This document shows, piece after piece, positions 12,001 through 35,411 of a stretch of DNA of 64,000 bases. A model generated the notes under the pieces. The model worked only from the letters and a program-made list of their open reading frames with translations. It searched no databases and was not told the DNA's origin. Position 1 is the first letter of the stretch; each line of letters opens with the position of its first letter. Source of the stretch: Klebsormidium nitens. Its lineage: Eukaryota > Plantae > Klebsormidiophyceae. Where the stretch lies: contig DF237362.1 of NCBI GenBank assembly GCA_000708835.1, forward strand, positions 18,673 to 82,672, written 5' to 3'. Position numbers and translations under genes: made by a program.

Positions 12001-14897
12001 ATCGTTAGCGCTTAGACAAGACTGCAAAAGTTGAAACGAACGACAACCGACACGGAAGAGACTGTTTCAACCTTGCCTAGTTTGCTCGTCGGTGGTGACT
12101 CCCGTGCCGGTCAGATCAGACGTCCGGGTCAGCGTGCGGTCCTTGGCAGTGTTCCCTGGGCCGTCCAGATCGCACCGCCCTGCAATAAGCGAATGGACAT
12201 TTGAATCATCCAAAGATACTAAAGGCACACTTTAACATTCTTGAATGCAAATTGGCCGATCAGAAGAGGTTTCCTACGAGCCTCAATCAATTCGGTTCTG
12301 CGTTATCCTCGTACTTTGAGTGGGTTTTCGCCTTGTTGACGAGAGGGTAAGGTTCTTCAAACGCCGAAGATCGAGGATCAATCTGCTGTCGTAATAAATT
12401 CCACGCAGATGCTGCGTCCATAGGGGGATGCTTCGAGAGAAGATGTCCATCCTCGACAGACAGCACGATCATGAGCCGGACCTGGGTGGGAAAGAGATCT
12501 GAAACGACCACACAGGTTTGGATATTCGTGACATTTCCTCCGCTTGACAATTCTAGACGGGGTGTCGTTTCTCTCGCTTGCTGCTACAACAAATCACGGC
12601 GCTCAAAATGAACATAGACTGGCAGGCCCTTCGGTTGTCCTCGTCCCAACAACGAACTGGAGTACACCACACGCTTCTCTACTTGTCAACCATTCAAGAG
12701 AAGCAGTGAGGTATGCGTATTTGGACAGGGGCCTTACCCACGTACAGCGAGCCGGCCCAGGCAACTGTCAGGATCATGATCGTGCTGCCCGCAAGGACGC
12801 CCATACCGACCATCACCTGCGCCCACCAGAAAGGGCGCAGAGGCGATTCGGTCCAGAGAGTCTCTGGAGTTGGAAAGTCTTTATCATTTGAACCTGACGG
12901 CGCTGGATAAGCTGTGTCAGATTCCGGATGCTCTTGGGTGGTATGCGGAACAAAACTACCGAGTGGAGAAGCGTGTCAGAGGCTGTACCAAAGCTGCAGC
13001 CCGTGTTCGTTAGAGTCCTATCGGAATGTTTGACGATTGTTTGAGGCCACCCTAGTGCTGTCAAGCAGTCAAAGTCGCAAAAGGCCTCTGGATTAAAGTA
13101 TCGATCCAATTCAGTGACGAGCGTCCCAGATAAGTGAAAGGGTTCAGAGTTTGTGTCCTCATTTCGAAACGTCAGACTGGCAGTCTCACCTGTTCTTGAG
13201 CTTCTGCAGGACTTCCTCCCAGGCCGGAAACGAGGACGAGCAGTGCGTCGGGAAAGGCGCCCAGGATAGGCAGGACGAGACCTCCAATGATGCCAGGATT
13301 CAAGACCTAGAAACGCAGGTAAAAGTGTTGTGGGCCTAGCTGGAGGCAAGAAAACTCGCGAAATCTAAGTTTGACAGGGCCGATGTGCTTCTACTTGAGC
13401 CCTACAGATATCAATTGTCAATAACAGTAGTACTGGACAGTCAAGGGTGAACGAAAGTCCAGAACCCGGAACACCTAAACTTTCAACGATGAGATCCTGC
13501 AACGTTCAGGGACAGGGGAGTTGAGAAGACTGTTTGAACACTTCAGAGGTGGTGGTGCGTAACCATGACAAGAGCGTAAATCCCAGTGTGCCTGACAAAA
13601 CTTTAGGAGATGCTGGCAGCTTGCAGTATGTAGCCACGAGAAGAAAGATCTGGAGAGCAAGCAGAGAGTCTGAAACACCTGTTTGCCTCCCTTGTCTGAA
13701 CTGCAGCGATTCTCAATAGATACTGAGGTCTATTGATTAGTGAGTACAAGTTACAGATCAAGTTCATGCCACTTTCTCACTTCCAAGAGCAGTTCGCTCC
13801 CATCAGATATGAAATTGGCCGCCACGAAGAGCAGGTAGCCGTAGACGGCCACCAGGAACAAGTTGGGGACGGCCTTTGTGGAGCAGGGAAAGAGGCCGTA
13901 CGGTTCTTCGCACGCCTTGGGCGCTGCCTCCGAGACGTCAATGACAAGCTGGGATGCCTCTGCAAAAAAGACACGAAGTTGAGGGAATATCAGCCTGCGA
14001 AGAGTCAGAAAGTAAAGCTTCAAAAAGATTGATGATGCATTGAGCTTTCAGCGAGCTTACACCTAGTCAAGAGAGTTGATTGCCTTGGGCAAAGAGGTCA
14101 AAGAGGCTTCTAGCTGTTTGGCAACAATGCCACAAGGGGCTGCGGTCCCTTCTACCTTCTATTAGTGATCCTCATGTCCAATCTTCCAGCAGGTTTCCTT
14201 GAACAATTACATTCTACGCTTATTGAAGGGGACACGTAGAGTGCTGTGATGTGAGAGAAGCTACTATCGCTGAGCGACGGATGCTCCACAGTTTAGCATA
14301 GGTGGTCGCTGCCAGTCCTGGTTTGTTGCGCCCACACGACAATGCAGCCAGGGACGGAGAATTGGACTTACCAGGGCCCTTAATGACACCCCGTTCAAGC
14401 AATTCTCTACTATCAGGTCCTTTCATTGGTGGGGCAGCCATTGCTTCATCCGGATTGCCCAATGCGATTGACAAGCTGAGCGCAATTGCAACGCCCCAGT
14501 GAGCAATGCACTTCAACACAGTAGGGGATTCATCATGATCCTGATGTAATGAATCCCTTGAACACCGCTGTTCGGCTGATCTAGTGTGCTTGCATCGGCG
14601 GGCAACTGAAGCGGTGCGATGGCAAACTCTAAGAGCCTCAGAAGGCTTGCATGCATAGTTCCTGCCTCCTTGCACTTGACCCACTAGAACTCTGCTACAA
14701 AAGGTGCTCGCGTTTCTGGGCTCACTGGCATATCTGACATGGTGGCTGCCCAGACTTGCTGCGTCTTGAGAAAGACTTGTCTTTGGCAAAACATCAGGAA
14801 ACAATGCCGTCTTCAGGGTCCAATGAGAGTTGCCAGCAATGCCAAGAGCTGATCCTTGGATCAATGCAGCCCCGTGGCTGATCAAACAGTGAGCCAT
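6091..14897 (-). CDS. NCL: EF-hand-containing Na+/Ca2+ exchanger-like protein (NCL/EFCAX family), ~734 aa, 14 exons: 14372-14897, 13781-13959, 13190-13306, 12738-12816, 12077-12179, 11218-11368, 10551-10609, 9854-9996, 9240-9341, 8857-8917, 8429-8522, 7638-7883, 6869-6964, 6091-6339
   Basis: NCL-family motifs are present: CEEPYGLFPC, SDGSELLLE, GLVLPILGAFPDA, VGMGVLAGSTIMILT, two EF-hands (FDGNKNGLLERKEL; DFDVNQDGKLSKHEF), FADPLVDSI, YGAITMNNTVCL and C-terminal TTFPLW...LDTYLGWT*. All junctions are in phase if one GC donor (12076) is accepted. Confidence 0.93.
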
Positions 14898-15298
14898 GGC
14901 AGCAGGCAGTGCAGATCAGCAACAATGAGACATGGTGCTGCAGCGAAAGTTAACTTTGTGAGCTAGCCAGATGGAGGGCCATTGCGGTTCTAGAGTTGAT
15001 CCCTCTCAAACATTGAAACAGGATCAAGGCAAGCACTGAACAATTTGAATGACATTGACATGTGAGCGAACTTCCTCGCATCAACTCTCATGAGCAACAG
15101 GTCCTATCATTATGCCCTCACCTCTGCAGAGTCTGCAGTCAAGCTGGCACTTTCGTTGTCACGTGGACTCCTGAAGCACTTGACCCGTACGATAAACCAC
15201 TCGGATCTCGTCGAACGGCGGACAGATAGCCAACTGTCGCCTTCCATCCATGAGCTTGGGCAATTTGCCAATTTGGCTAGCTGAGGCCTGAATGTCAC
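14898..15298. promoter_or_regulatory. Probable ~400-bp bidirectional promoter between NCL (-) and the DUF4470-MYND gene (+)
   Basis: Head-to-head ATGs at 14897 (-) and 15299 (+). No specific core motif was identified, and the start codon of the + gene is uncertain. Confidence 0.4.
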
Positions 15299-18200
15299 AT
15301 GCCCACGGTTGGAATCCTGGATGAGTCCCCATGCCCTGCCAAGTTTGGCCAACTTGAAGGCAGCATTGCTATCGAGGAGTGGCGCCCTTCTCTGGACAAG
15401 GTTTCTGATTTTTGCAACGACATGGCGGCCAGACTCCTCCCCTCCGCTGTGCGCCGCATTCTGCTGGAGAACAACCCAATGTGGTACCTCATTGGCAACA
15501 CGAAAGGCAGAAGTCTGTTGGAGGCGCAATGCAAAGAAGCGCCGGCGGTCAGCATTCTCTCTTTGGGCTGCGGTGACATCCGAAACGTGCTTGCAACTGC
15601 TGCGGAAGGGATCCCTCGACAGCCAAGTCCAGCTGTCGCCACCCGTGTGAAGAAATCAGTTGGGGGCGGTTTTACTACTTCTGCTCTGAACTTCCACTTG
15701 AATGACATCAATCCAGTGGTCATGGCTCGTGCGGCGCTCCTGCTTCAGATCTGCGCTTCCATCGAGCCTGACGTCAGCGCCGACCTGGACTTTCTCTGGG
15801 CGGTGTGGTACGACATGGCACTGTCGAAGCCACACCATTGCGCCTACTTTCTGAAATACAGAAGCTACTTGAGGAGAGCGGGAGGGGGCAGCTTGTCAAC
15901 ATCACAAGAGAAGAGGACCGCAGTGCCTTGGTTCGAATCTGGAGGCAATGGCTGAAGACTTCGGAGCTGCCGTCAGTGCATGCCGTGAAGCAGGAGCGGC
16001 GCGCAAACTTGCTCAGAAACCTGGAGCGGGTGGGGGCCCAAGGGAAGGGGCAACTCGATCCCCCCAGCATGATGCGTCAGGCGATGCCGCTTCTCAGGCC
16101 CCAGAAAGAGCAGGACGAGCTGATTGACGGTTGTGGGACCTCAATGGCAATGCTGGTTTTCGAGGGGCTGGGTGAGAGGAACGGCGCCTTGGAGCGCCGA
16201 GCTGTGAATGAATGTCGAGAGTATTTTCAGACGGGGAGCACAGCGGGAGAGCTGGAGAGGCCCTTTCTCAACCCGACGCTGCTCGATCCCGAAACTCGAG
16301 CCTGGCACGTGCATTACGGTTCGTGCCCCTTCCTTGCGTATTTCCCGCTAGGTGCCAAGTCAATGGAAGAAGCACAGAAGCGAGCGCTCCATGGACAATA
16401 TTTGGTGACCTTGTGCAAGGGACATCTGAAGGCGCAGGTGACGGGATTTCAGGCCTGGGGGGAGAGCCTGAGGGTCTGGCTGTGGCCGGGGGACGCGATC
16501 AAGCTCTGCCTGTACGAGATGCCAGGTGTTGCAGAGTTTGACGCCATCGACACGTCCAATCTGAGCGACCATGTGGGGCTGCTGAACCTGCTAGTGGGCG
16601 CCGCACCCTTGCTGAAACGGTAAGCCGCCCCAGACTGCACTTCTGAATACACCTTGTTCTGGGTGACTTTGCTGACGGAGAATGTTGTTTCTAACTGTGG
16701 AAGGAAAAGGCGAGGGAGATGCTAACCAAGGGCAATGACACTCTGGGCCTCACTTTGGTCGGAACAACTCGGCCAGTGAGGATGACTGCCATTCTCCCTG
16801 TGCCTTCATTTCCAAGACCCTGGCCGTTTAGCCAAATGATCTGATTGGCTGCATGCTAACATGGAATTGATCTTTCAACTCTATTTGAGTGTGGCTTGGT
16901 TATCTTGGGTGCATGCCTTTGTTGCTGATCGTGTCGAGCACTCCGTTGCGGGTAGGCCAATTGTAAGCTGCTTCCCGGCCATCACAGCTCAATGATCCAG
17001 TCTTCCTGGAAGAGTACAGGTTGTAATTACCCTAAGCTGGCAGCAACGAGAATTCGTATCAAGCACAACTTGCCTCCTGTGATATCTCCATCTCTTCATT
17101 TTCATTTTTCCGTTTTATTCCTGACAAAAGGCCATTCGTAAGCAGTTTCTCCAATGCACCTACAGGTCTTCCAACTCCGGCCTGTACACCGCCTCAATCA
17201 CATGGCCTGCTGCCGCCTCCACCTTTCCGGATTACCTGGACCTCGCTCTGAGTTTCCCCCCTGAGATGGCGCCTTCCATCCTCGGGTTAAGGCTCGTGAC
17301 TGACCTTCCAGATGGGGAGCCATGTCCCCCCAACTCTAGCCACTCGCTTAGGTATGGTGGGCACCTCCGTCGACGAGCAGATCCTTGAGTGGGCTGTCCC
17401 TGAGCTGCCACGTGGCAAGACCCGATTGGGCAACGCAACAACCCGACTCAAGCTGCTCTCGGAAACAGATCCAGCGATCGAAGCATTGGGACCGCTGCCG
17501 GCGCCCTGCGGAGTCGGCGCATCGCTCGGTGGTGTCTACAGAATGTGCTGCCCAAAGATCGTGGTCACAAAAGAAGCGGGCAGCGCCAGCTGTGCTTTGG
17601 ACGCGGTGACGCCACTGACAGCTGTCCTCAATCTCCAGCGCATGGCGGAGCGGAGGGTCCTTGAACAGGCTTCTGCACTTGAAGCGCAGACTTTTCTGAG
17701 CGCAGAGGAGTTTGGTGACACGCATCAATTGTTCCAACTAGGATGGGACACCCTCCAAGCGACTCTGACTCTGCAGAAAGAAAAGGCTAGCGACAAGGGT
17801 TTGGCTTCAGAAGCAGGGCCGTCGCCATCTGTTACGGTCTTTGAGTCTTTGATGGACAAAGACCTCCTAAGCAGCATGTTCCACGGAGTCACCAGAAGCA
17901 TGCCGATGCTGCGTCTCATTCTCGTGGAGAAGCTCCCCCGCCTCAAGGACTCAGCCAGTTTGGCCCCCCTCCTCTTAAATGCTCTTAAGTCCGACTCCAA
18001 CACGCGCTCACTTCACATACTGGACAGCTTTGTTCTCGACAGTGACGAGCCCCGCCTGTCGTTTCTCCTGAAGTCGGACCATGGGCTGAAAGCTGAGGAC
18101 ACGTGGGCAGTCATTGCGGACATTCACAGCCTGCTTCCGCTGTACGCACCGAAGAAACTGTCGGACTTCCGGACGTGTGCTTTCGAGCTTGGGTCGGAGG

Positions 18201-20418
18201 GACTCAGCTCTGCGCAGAGTGTGGGAGCGTCTCGAGAGGAAGCGACTGACCTCCAGCAAGGAGCGTCAGACCTTCAGGTAAGAACTAATCTGCGCTAAGT
18301 GGCGGCTGTTGGGCAATAATACCAAGGCAACTCTACATCCGTTTGCAGGGTTGCGCGTTGTTCCGCATAAGAGTACAAAATCCTCAATCTTGACAGGCAA
18401 CTGACAGGATTTCGAATCATACGGCCGCACGGTTTAATAAGACTGCGGCACTGCATCTGCCTTCGCATTTCTACCCCCCTATTTTTGGAGGTCTTGAACC
18501 TCCTGAGTCCGGGCGTATGACAGTTCCGGCAGACGCTACTACTTTCTTGACAGGGTCTTGCAACTCAAACCGTCCATGCCTTTCAACGTCAGCACATTCT
18601 ATGGTCGTAAGTATCTGACGTTCCACTGAAACACTTAAGCGCCTTTTGCATCGTCCAGGTGTCCGCCGTGGTCGAGTACACGGACCACTACGTGGCAGTT
18701 CTTCGCTTCCCGCCCGGATCGAAAGGAGCGCTCGAGGTTCGTGGTGCCGACTCGGCTGAAGGGAAAAGCTGTCACGCAATCGTTGTAAAGCTCGGGGAGG
18801 CAGAAGAGTAAGTGGCGCCTTCTTCGTCTGGTCTAGCAGTGTGCATGTCTGGATATAGGTATACCTGTGTCGGCAAAGAGTTGGTATGATGGACGCAAAA
18901 CGACCGGACGGGGTTCAGTTAGAGCTTAATAAAAGCTTGGTCGCTTTCGGATGTTTCAAGCTTTTGATGTTTCAAAGCCTCGAGCCTTGATATTGATGAA
19001 CATGGCAACAGACTTCATCTCAGTGCGATGGTCTGCGACGTTTGCGGTCACTTTCGATGCTTTGTGCCCCACCTAGTTGTTGGATCTCGGCGTGCAAACT
19101 TGACATTCATGGGGACAAATGCAAGTGCGACTGCGACTGCGACTTGATTTTCCCGCCAATATCGATTCGCGTGTTCGGGCTATTTGCAGTATCCCTCATG
19201 TGTCTGACCCCTTGGAAATCAATCCCCAGGCTTCAAAGTTCTTGGCTGATTGACGTGTCCTGTCTCGTGTTCAGGTTTGCGGCGTCTCTGCGCTTCTTAC
19301 ACCCCGTGGACGCATCGAAGGCCCGCTGCCAGATCTCCCGCAAGAGAGGCCTCGTTAGCTGCACGCTGCCCAAGTCTGCCCACTGGCCGTCCGACGCCTC
19401 GGGCCAAAACAAGGCCTCCCAGATCGACATCGGCAGTCTTCCCGTGTGGCCGGCAACAGACGTCGGGGGCCTGAGCTCAGTCCTGGGGCTCATGTTCACG
19501 TTAGAGGAGTCTTTGAGCAAAGTGCGGGGCACGCAGTACCAAGACTCCAACCGGTCCCCCTCGTTCGATCTGCGAGAGACGCTGCAGATTCTGTTCGTGC
19601 GGGCGTTCCGGGACGGGTACAAACGGCACGCGATCAAGCTGAAGAGCGACGGACCGGAAGACGAGGCCCGTCTGTCGATCTTCATCAAGTCGCTCCGCAA
19701 AACAGCAAAGGGTATGCCCCTGCTCGAGCTCGTATACGCCGATCATGCACAAGCCCGCGCGCTTTTGAACGCGGGCAAGATCGTGGGCATGGAATCCGTC
19801 CAGCGGTTCACGGCAGCCATGCACAGCGTCGGCGGTCACGCGGAATGGCACACAGTGCTGGTATCGTCCGCCGAGCTGGAGCTTCTGCGGACAATGCTGG
19901 AGAAGAACGCGACACGTAGCAAGCCGTCCGCTTGGCAAGTGGCGCATACTCAAGGCCCCGAGTGGCGCGCAAGCCACGTGGTTCCGGTGTTTGGGGAGGA
20001 GAAGAAACGGGTCCTCGGCAGAGACGGCGACGGGCCGGGCATGGAAGAGCTGCTGCGGTCGCTGGAAAAGGAGAGCGCCCATCTGAGGGATCCCCCTGCG
20101 CAAGCTTTGGAGGGGCGGCCAACTCTGGCGGATCGTGGGCAAGGAGGACGGAGCGCCGGGCAGGGGGGTGCGGGAAAGGCCAAGCAAGCGGGGGGGGAAA
20201 AGATGCCCGGACAGCGGGGGTATGGCAGCGAAGCGACGGAGGGGGGAACAGCGAGATTGACTGATACGTGTGCTAATTGTGGGCTTGGGGGGGGCGACGA
20301 ACAGGGTGGAGTGGTTCTGAAGCAGTGCTCTCGGTGTAAGAAGGTGAAGTACTGCAGTGCTAGCTGCCAGAAAGCAGCATGGGCCGGGCACAAGCCGCAC
20401 TGCGTTGCGCAACCGTAG
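15299..20418 (+). CDS. DUF4470-domain / C-terminal MYND zinc-finger protein with two apparent 1-nt frameshifts (pseudogene or assembly error); exons approx. 15299-16619, 17166-18276, 18659-18807, 19275-20418
   Basis: DUF4470-type motifs: YLIGNT, ILSLGCGDIRNVL, FHLNDINPVVMARAALLL, FLWAVWYD, FDAIDTSNLSDHVGLLNLL. The C-terminal MYND finger reads CANC...LKQCSRCKKVKYCSASCQKAAWAGHKPHC. The frame changes near 15836 and at GGGG 17314-17317. A small extra exon in 18277-18658 cannot be excluded. Confidence 0.75.
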
Positions 20419-22131
20419 GCAACCTTTACGCCGTACGATAGTTGCATCAGCTGATCCGGGAAAAGAGTCCGTATTCGAATGGGGTAGTGAGAGTGTCCTC
20501 ATGCCGTTCTTCTCGCCAACTCCCTAAGGACATGCAAGACTGACAACCGCAATGTACCCCACACGTCTATGGATTCGGAGCTTCACATCACGATTGATCG
20601 TCTTGGTCAGTCCGTGCAATCCGCTTTCTCAACGTTTGCAGCAATTGTCTGCGTTTCCTCACGTACATGCGCTGTCAACACGAAATGCCCAAGCCCTCCT
20701 ATCCCCGGTGACTTCTGCATGAACCAACTTGCACGTGAACCTCGCCATGTGAATGCACTCAAGCGGGGCCTGAATATTGTAGCTTTTGTCGCACATGTCG
20801 GATGCTGCTCGAGCTTGGCTAACATTGACACCGTGACTACACCATGACAAGTAGGCACAAGAGTCATGGTATAGGACCGTCAATTCGAATATGGATCTTC
20901 TGCATAGCATGTACGTAAGTAATCATGACTTGTAAAAGAGTATGTTGGCCGTACATACATGCTTAATGCTGGAGATTGAGCGATCATGCAGGCCCTGCAT
21001 GACAGACTCGATATTGTCGCGGGCCATGGGCCAGTAACACATGGTGGTTAATACGAAGCCTGACATGCATGTACCGCACTCCAATATGGATGCTTTTGCA
21101 CATTCCACGCAGGCGGCGGCATCGTGAGTTGCAACTGCACATCATTGCACTGGCCTGGCATGGATGCTGCCGCCACCATGTGACCCGTTGCCAATGTTGG
21201 GATTATAGTAGTAGGCAAACGATGCAGGCCAGGCGGTACTGCAGCCTATACGCCTACCCGGCTAAGTTCAACTGGCCCATGCGACTCAGGCTCGGGTATG
21301 CTCAATAAAATTCTTTCATTGTAGATAGTGATCATACTATTTTAGGCCTTCGTCAGAGCCGCCGTTTCCAGCACGGCCTTCAAGCCAGGCTTCTGTTATT
21401 GATCATGATTAATGAGAAACTGTGGAACAGGGATACCAGAGCTCCAAACGCCAGCCGTCGTCAAATATACAAACACGTGGTTGGAAATGTGGACAAGTCA
21501 TGCAAGGCGGTCCAGACATTCAGCGAGCTATGAGATGTGACCAGATGCTGGCACCACAAGGGTGAACCGTCCTTGACACCTTTGAAGCTGAATGAACGTC
21601 AATAAACTTCTCTTGAAAGATGATACTTCAGCCGCACTTGTACAGAACCTACTTCAGCTATCAGACGTTAGTTGCTCGGACGATTGTCCGTCATTTTTCG
21701 TCCATCTATTCTTCTCTGCCCTCGCTGGTCAGAGGGATGAGCTCTGTCAGTCGAAGTTCGCTTCGCCTACTTGATGTCGCAAATCTACCTGCGAAAAATA
21801 TACATCCAAGAGTCAGAACGTTGAGAATACCAGAATATCGACTAGGCTTGTAACGGTTGGTTGACTCGCTCAACCTGCGCGAGCTTATGACAGGCGGCAC
21901 TCTGCCAAGGTCAGGGCTTGGAGGCGACAACTGCAGAGGAATCAAGGCTCGTCAGACTTTGAATGTAACCAATTCCAGTCTTGCATTGAACGACGTTATT
22001 TTTGGGACAGGTAACGGGCAGCCAGCGTGCTTACCTGCAAGCGCAAAGCATGCCGGTCAGTGGTGCCGCTCTCGGAATCTCCTCTCGCGTTAGTTCCTAG
22101 CACGGGGTGACGTCATGCGAGACAGGTGACG

Positions 22132-33613
<11,482 letters not shown>

Positions 33614-33920
33614 CCTGTCAACACGCGCTGGCAGTCTCCAGATTGGTGATCTCGTCCTCCCCAGCTTCACACTTCAGCTTCTTCACCCTTCCTGCTTCAT
33701 TGAGTCGCCCCCTGAATCCTGATTACACTGTTATAATGCATAATTGCATTGAGCTCGCTCCAGAAAATGAAGCTCCCAAGTTTTCAAGCATGAACACTTC
33801 GACAATGGCATTGCAAATGCAATGCCAATGGATAGCCCCGCTGGACCATCCAACGAAGCACGACCAAGCTCTTGCAATTCGACGGGCAGAACTTCTTCAG
33901 AGTCTTCCAGACTTTCTTAC

Positions 33921-34000
33921 GTGGCGCTTCGCCCTCCCAACCTCGCGAGCCGGCACGCTGCTCGGCCCCCGCGGCCGCCTGCTGCACGCGGCCGCGCGTT
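33921..34000 (-). other. Probable non-coding 5'-UTR exon of ECA3 (distal end approximate)
   Basis: An acceptor ttgacag lies one base before the ATG (intron end 33615), and a consensus donor ccac|gtaaga lies at 33920, adjoining a GC-rich segment. Confidence 0.45.
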
Positions 34001-35411
34001 CGGAGCAAAGATTCTATCTTGCATTGCTGCATGCCCATTTAGTACTATGGACGCTTTGTTGCACACAGAGTTTGCTAAATTGCTATCAATTATGCATCCT
34101 ATGCTAGTATTAATCTGGACCGTCCCTGGCCAAACGTTCGACGACGACCGGAGTTTGATCTGCCCAACGGACGAGAAGGTATTGTTGAATGACCGGATAT
34201 GGCGGTACATCAGAGAGTTTGGAATCATCTTCGAACAGGTAGAGAGGCACATTCCGAGAGGGTCCCATTTGTATTCAGGTCGCCCGATCAGTTAGACCCT
34301 CCGCGAGGGGGCGAGACGCAGAATCATGAACTGTCAATGCATGGTTGAAAGTCCTCGCTTCGCGATCGCGTGCCCGGTATAGTTCGAGTGATCGAGTCTA
34401 TAGCGCCCTAATCCGTTGTGAAGTGCAAGCACTCTATAAAGTTCAGCCACTGCTAATAACGCTCACACGTGCTCTGCTAGCTACTCTGAAGATTTGGCGT
34501 TCCGCCTGAATCTGTTGATCTTATGATCTGCTTTTCACATCAGGCGGGCCAGTCCTTCAAGCTTTAAGATGCTTGTGACGGAACCGACTGGTGACCAGTT
34601 AATTTACATGTTGTCATGGTCGAACTTTCGCGTTGAACGGCTGCGGAGCGTATGAACGTTTCTGCAGGCTTAGTTGAACGGATTTGCACTATTATCATCT
34701 CATGGAAGCATACGGCCAGACTCGGGATATGACAGGCCGGTCAGATTGCTAGCTTTTTCGGATTCGGATCGCTGCTCGTTGAGCAGTTTATGGCTCATTT
34801 CCGAGTTGGAAGAAACAGTTGCAGACCGCCTGGCGGCTGAAGGCCCCGGCGCATCTCGACTAATATACCGCGTGCTCTGTAATGCTAAGCTTCGGGTCGG
34901 CATGCCAAATGCAAAACCAAGTCGATCGGTTGCACCGTGAATATATACCCAATTCATAAGAAGCGGCCCACAACATCCTAACTGCAAAGCGTCTCGTCAA
35001 CGTATACGTCCATAAGACAGCCTTTGGGCGATGTACGATATTCAGCTGCGGACGTAAGCCGTAACAAAATCAAACGCATTAAAAAGGTTGTTGGTGATAC
35101 GGCATGTGTGCTGTGTCCATAGACATTGAAGTCACGGAATCGCGTGCACCTTCATGGCTAGCCATGAGTAATATCTGGCTACGTGAAAAAGTAACATGAT
35201 AACCAGCGGGTTGCCATATCTGGAAGTTTTGAATGTAACAGAACACCCCGCCGGAGCTCCACCGCGGTTTTCCGATTTTGACGAATCTGCAAGTGTTTTC
35301 AGACCGAATCGGAAGTTAGTCCGCCCAACAAGATGGTTGGAGACTGGAAGCGCCCAATCAATACTCTTTCAGTTGCATTCTTGGCGTCAGCACTTGCTTC
35401 CTATCACTCTC

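Noticed and set aside
12461-12787. 14-nt inverted match (cagcacgatcatga) between an NCL intron and the neighbouring exon
   Set aside because: It is too short to distinguish from chance, and there is no extended stem.
15090-15284. 64-aa ORF as the first exon of the DUF4470 gene
   Set aside because: It is in a different frame, ends in TGA and has no convincing donor/acceptor pair linking it. It is left unresolved.
15803-15861. A ~59-nt intron to explain the first DUF4470 frameshift
   Set aside because: It would delete the conserved-looking VWYD segment and is far shorter than other introns in the window. A 1-nt indel is simpler.
20140-20300. G-quadruplex-like G-runs
   Set aside because: They are explained by Gly-rich codons of the linker before the MYND finger.
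19501-20502. 333-aa minus-strand ORF and other long antisense or overlapping ORFs (e.g. 35620-36141, 25720-26151)
   Set aside because: These are shadows of GC-rich coding exons on the opposite strand or frame, with no recognisable motifs.
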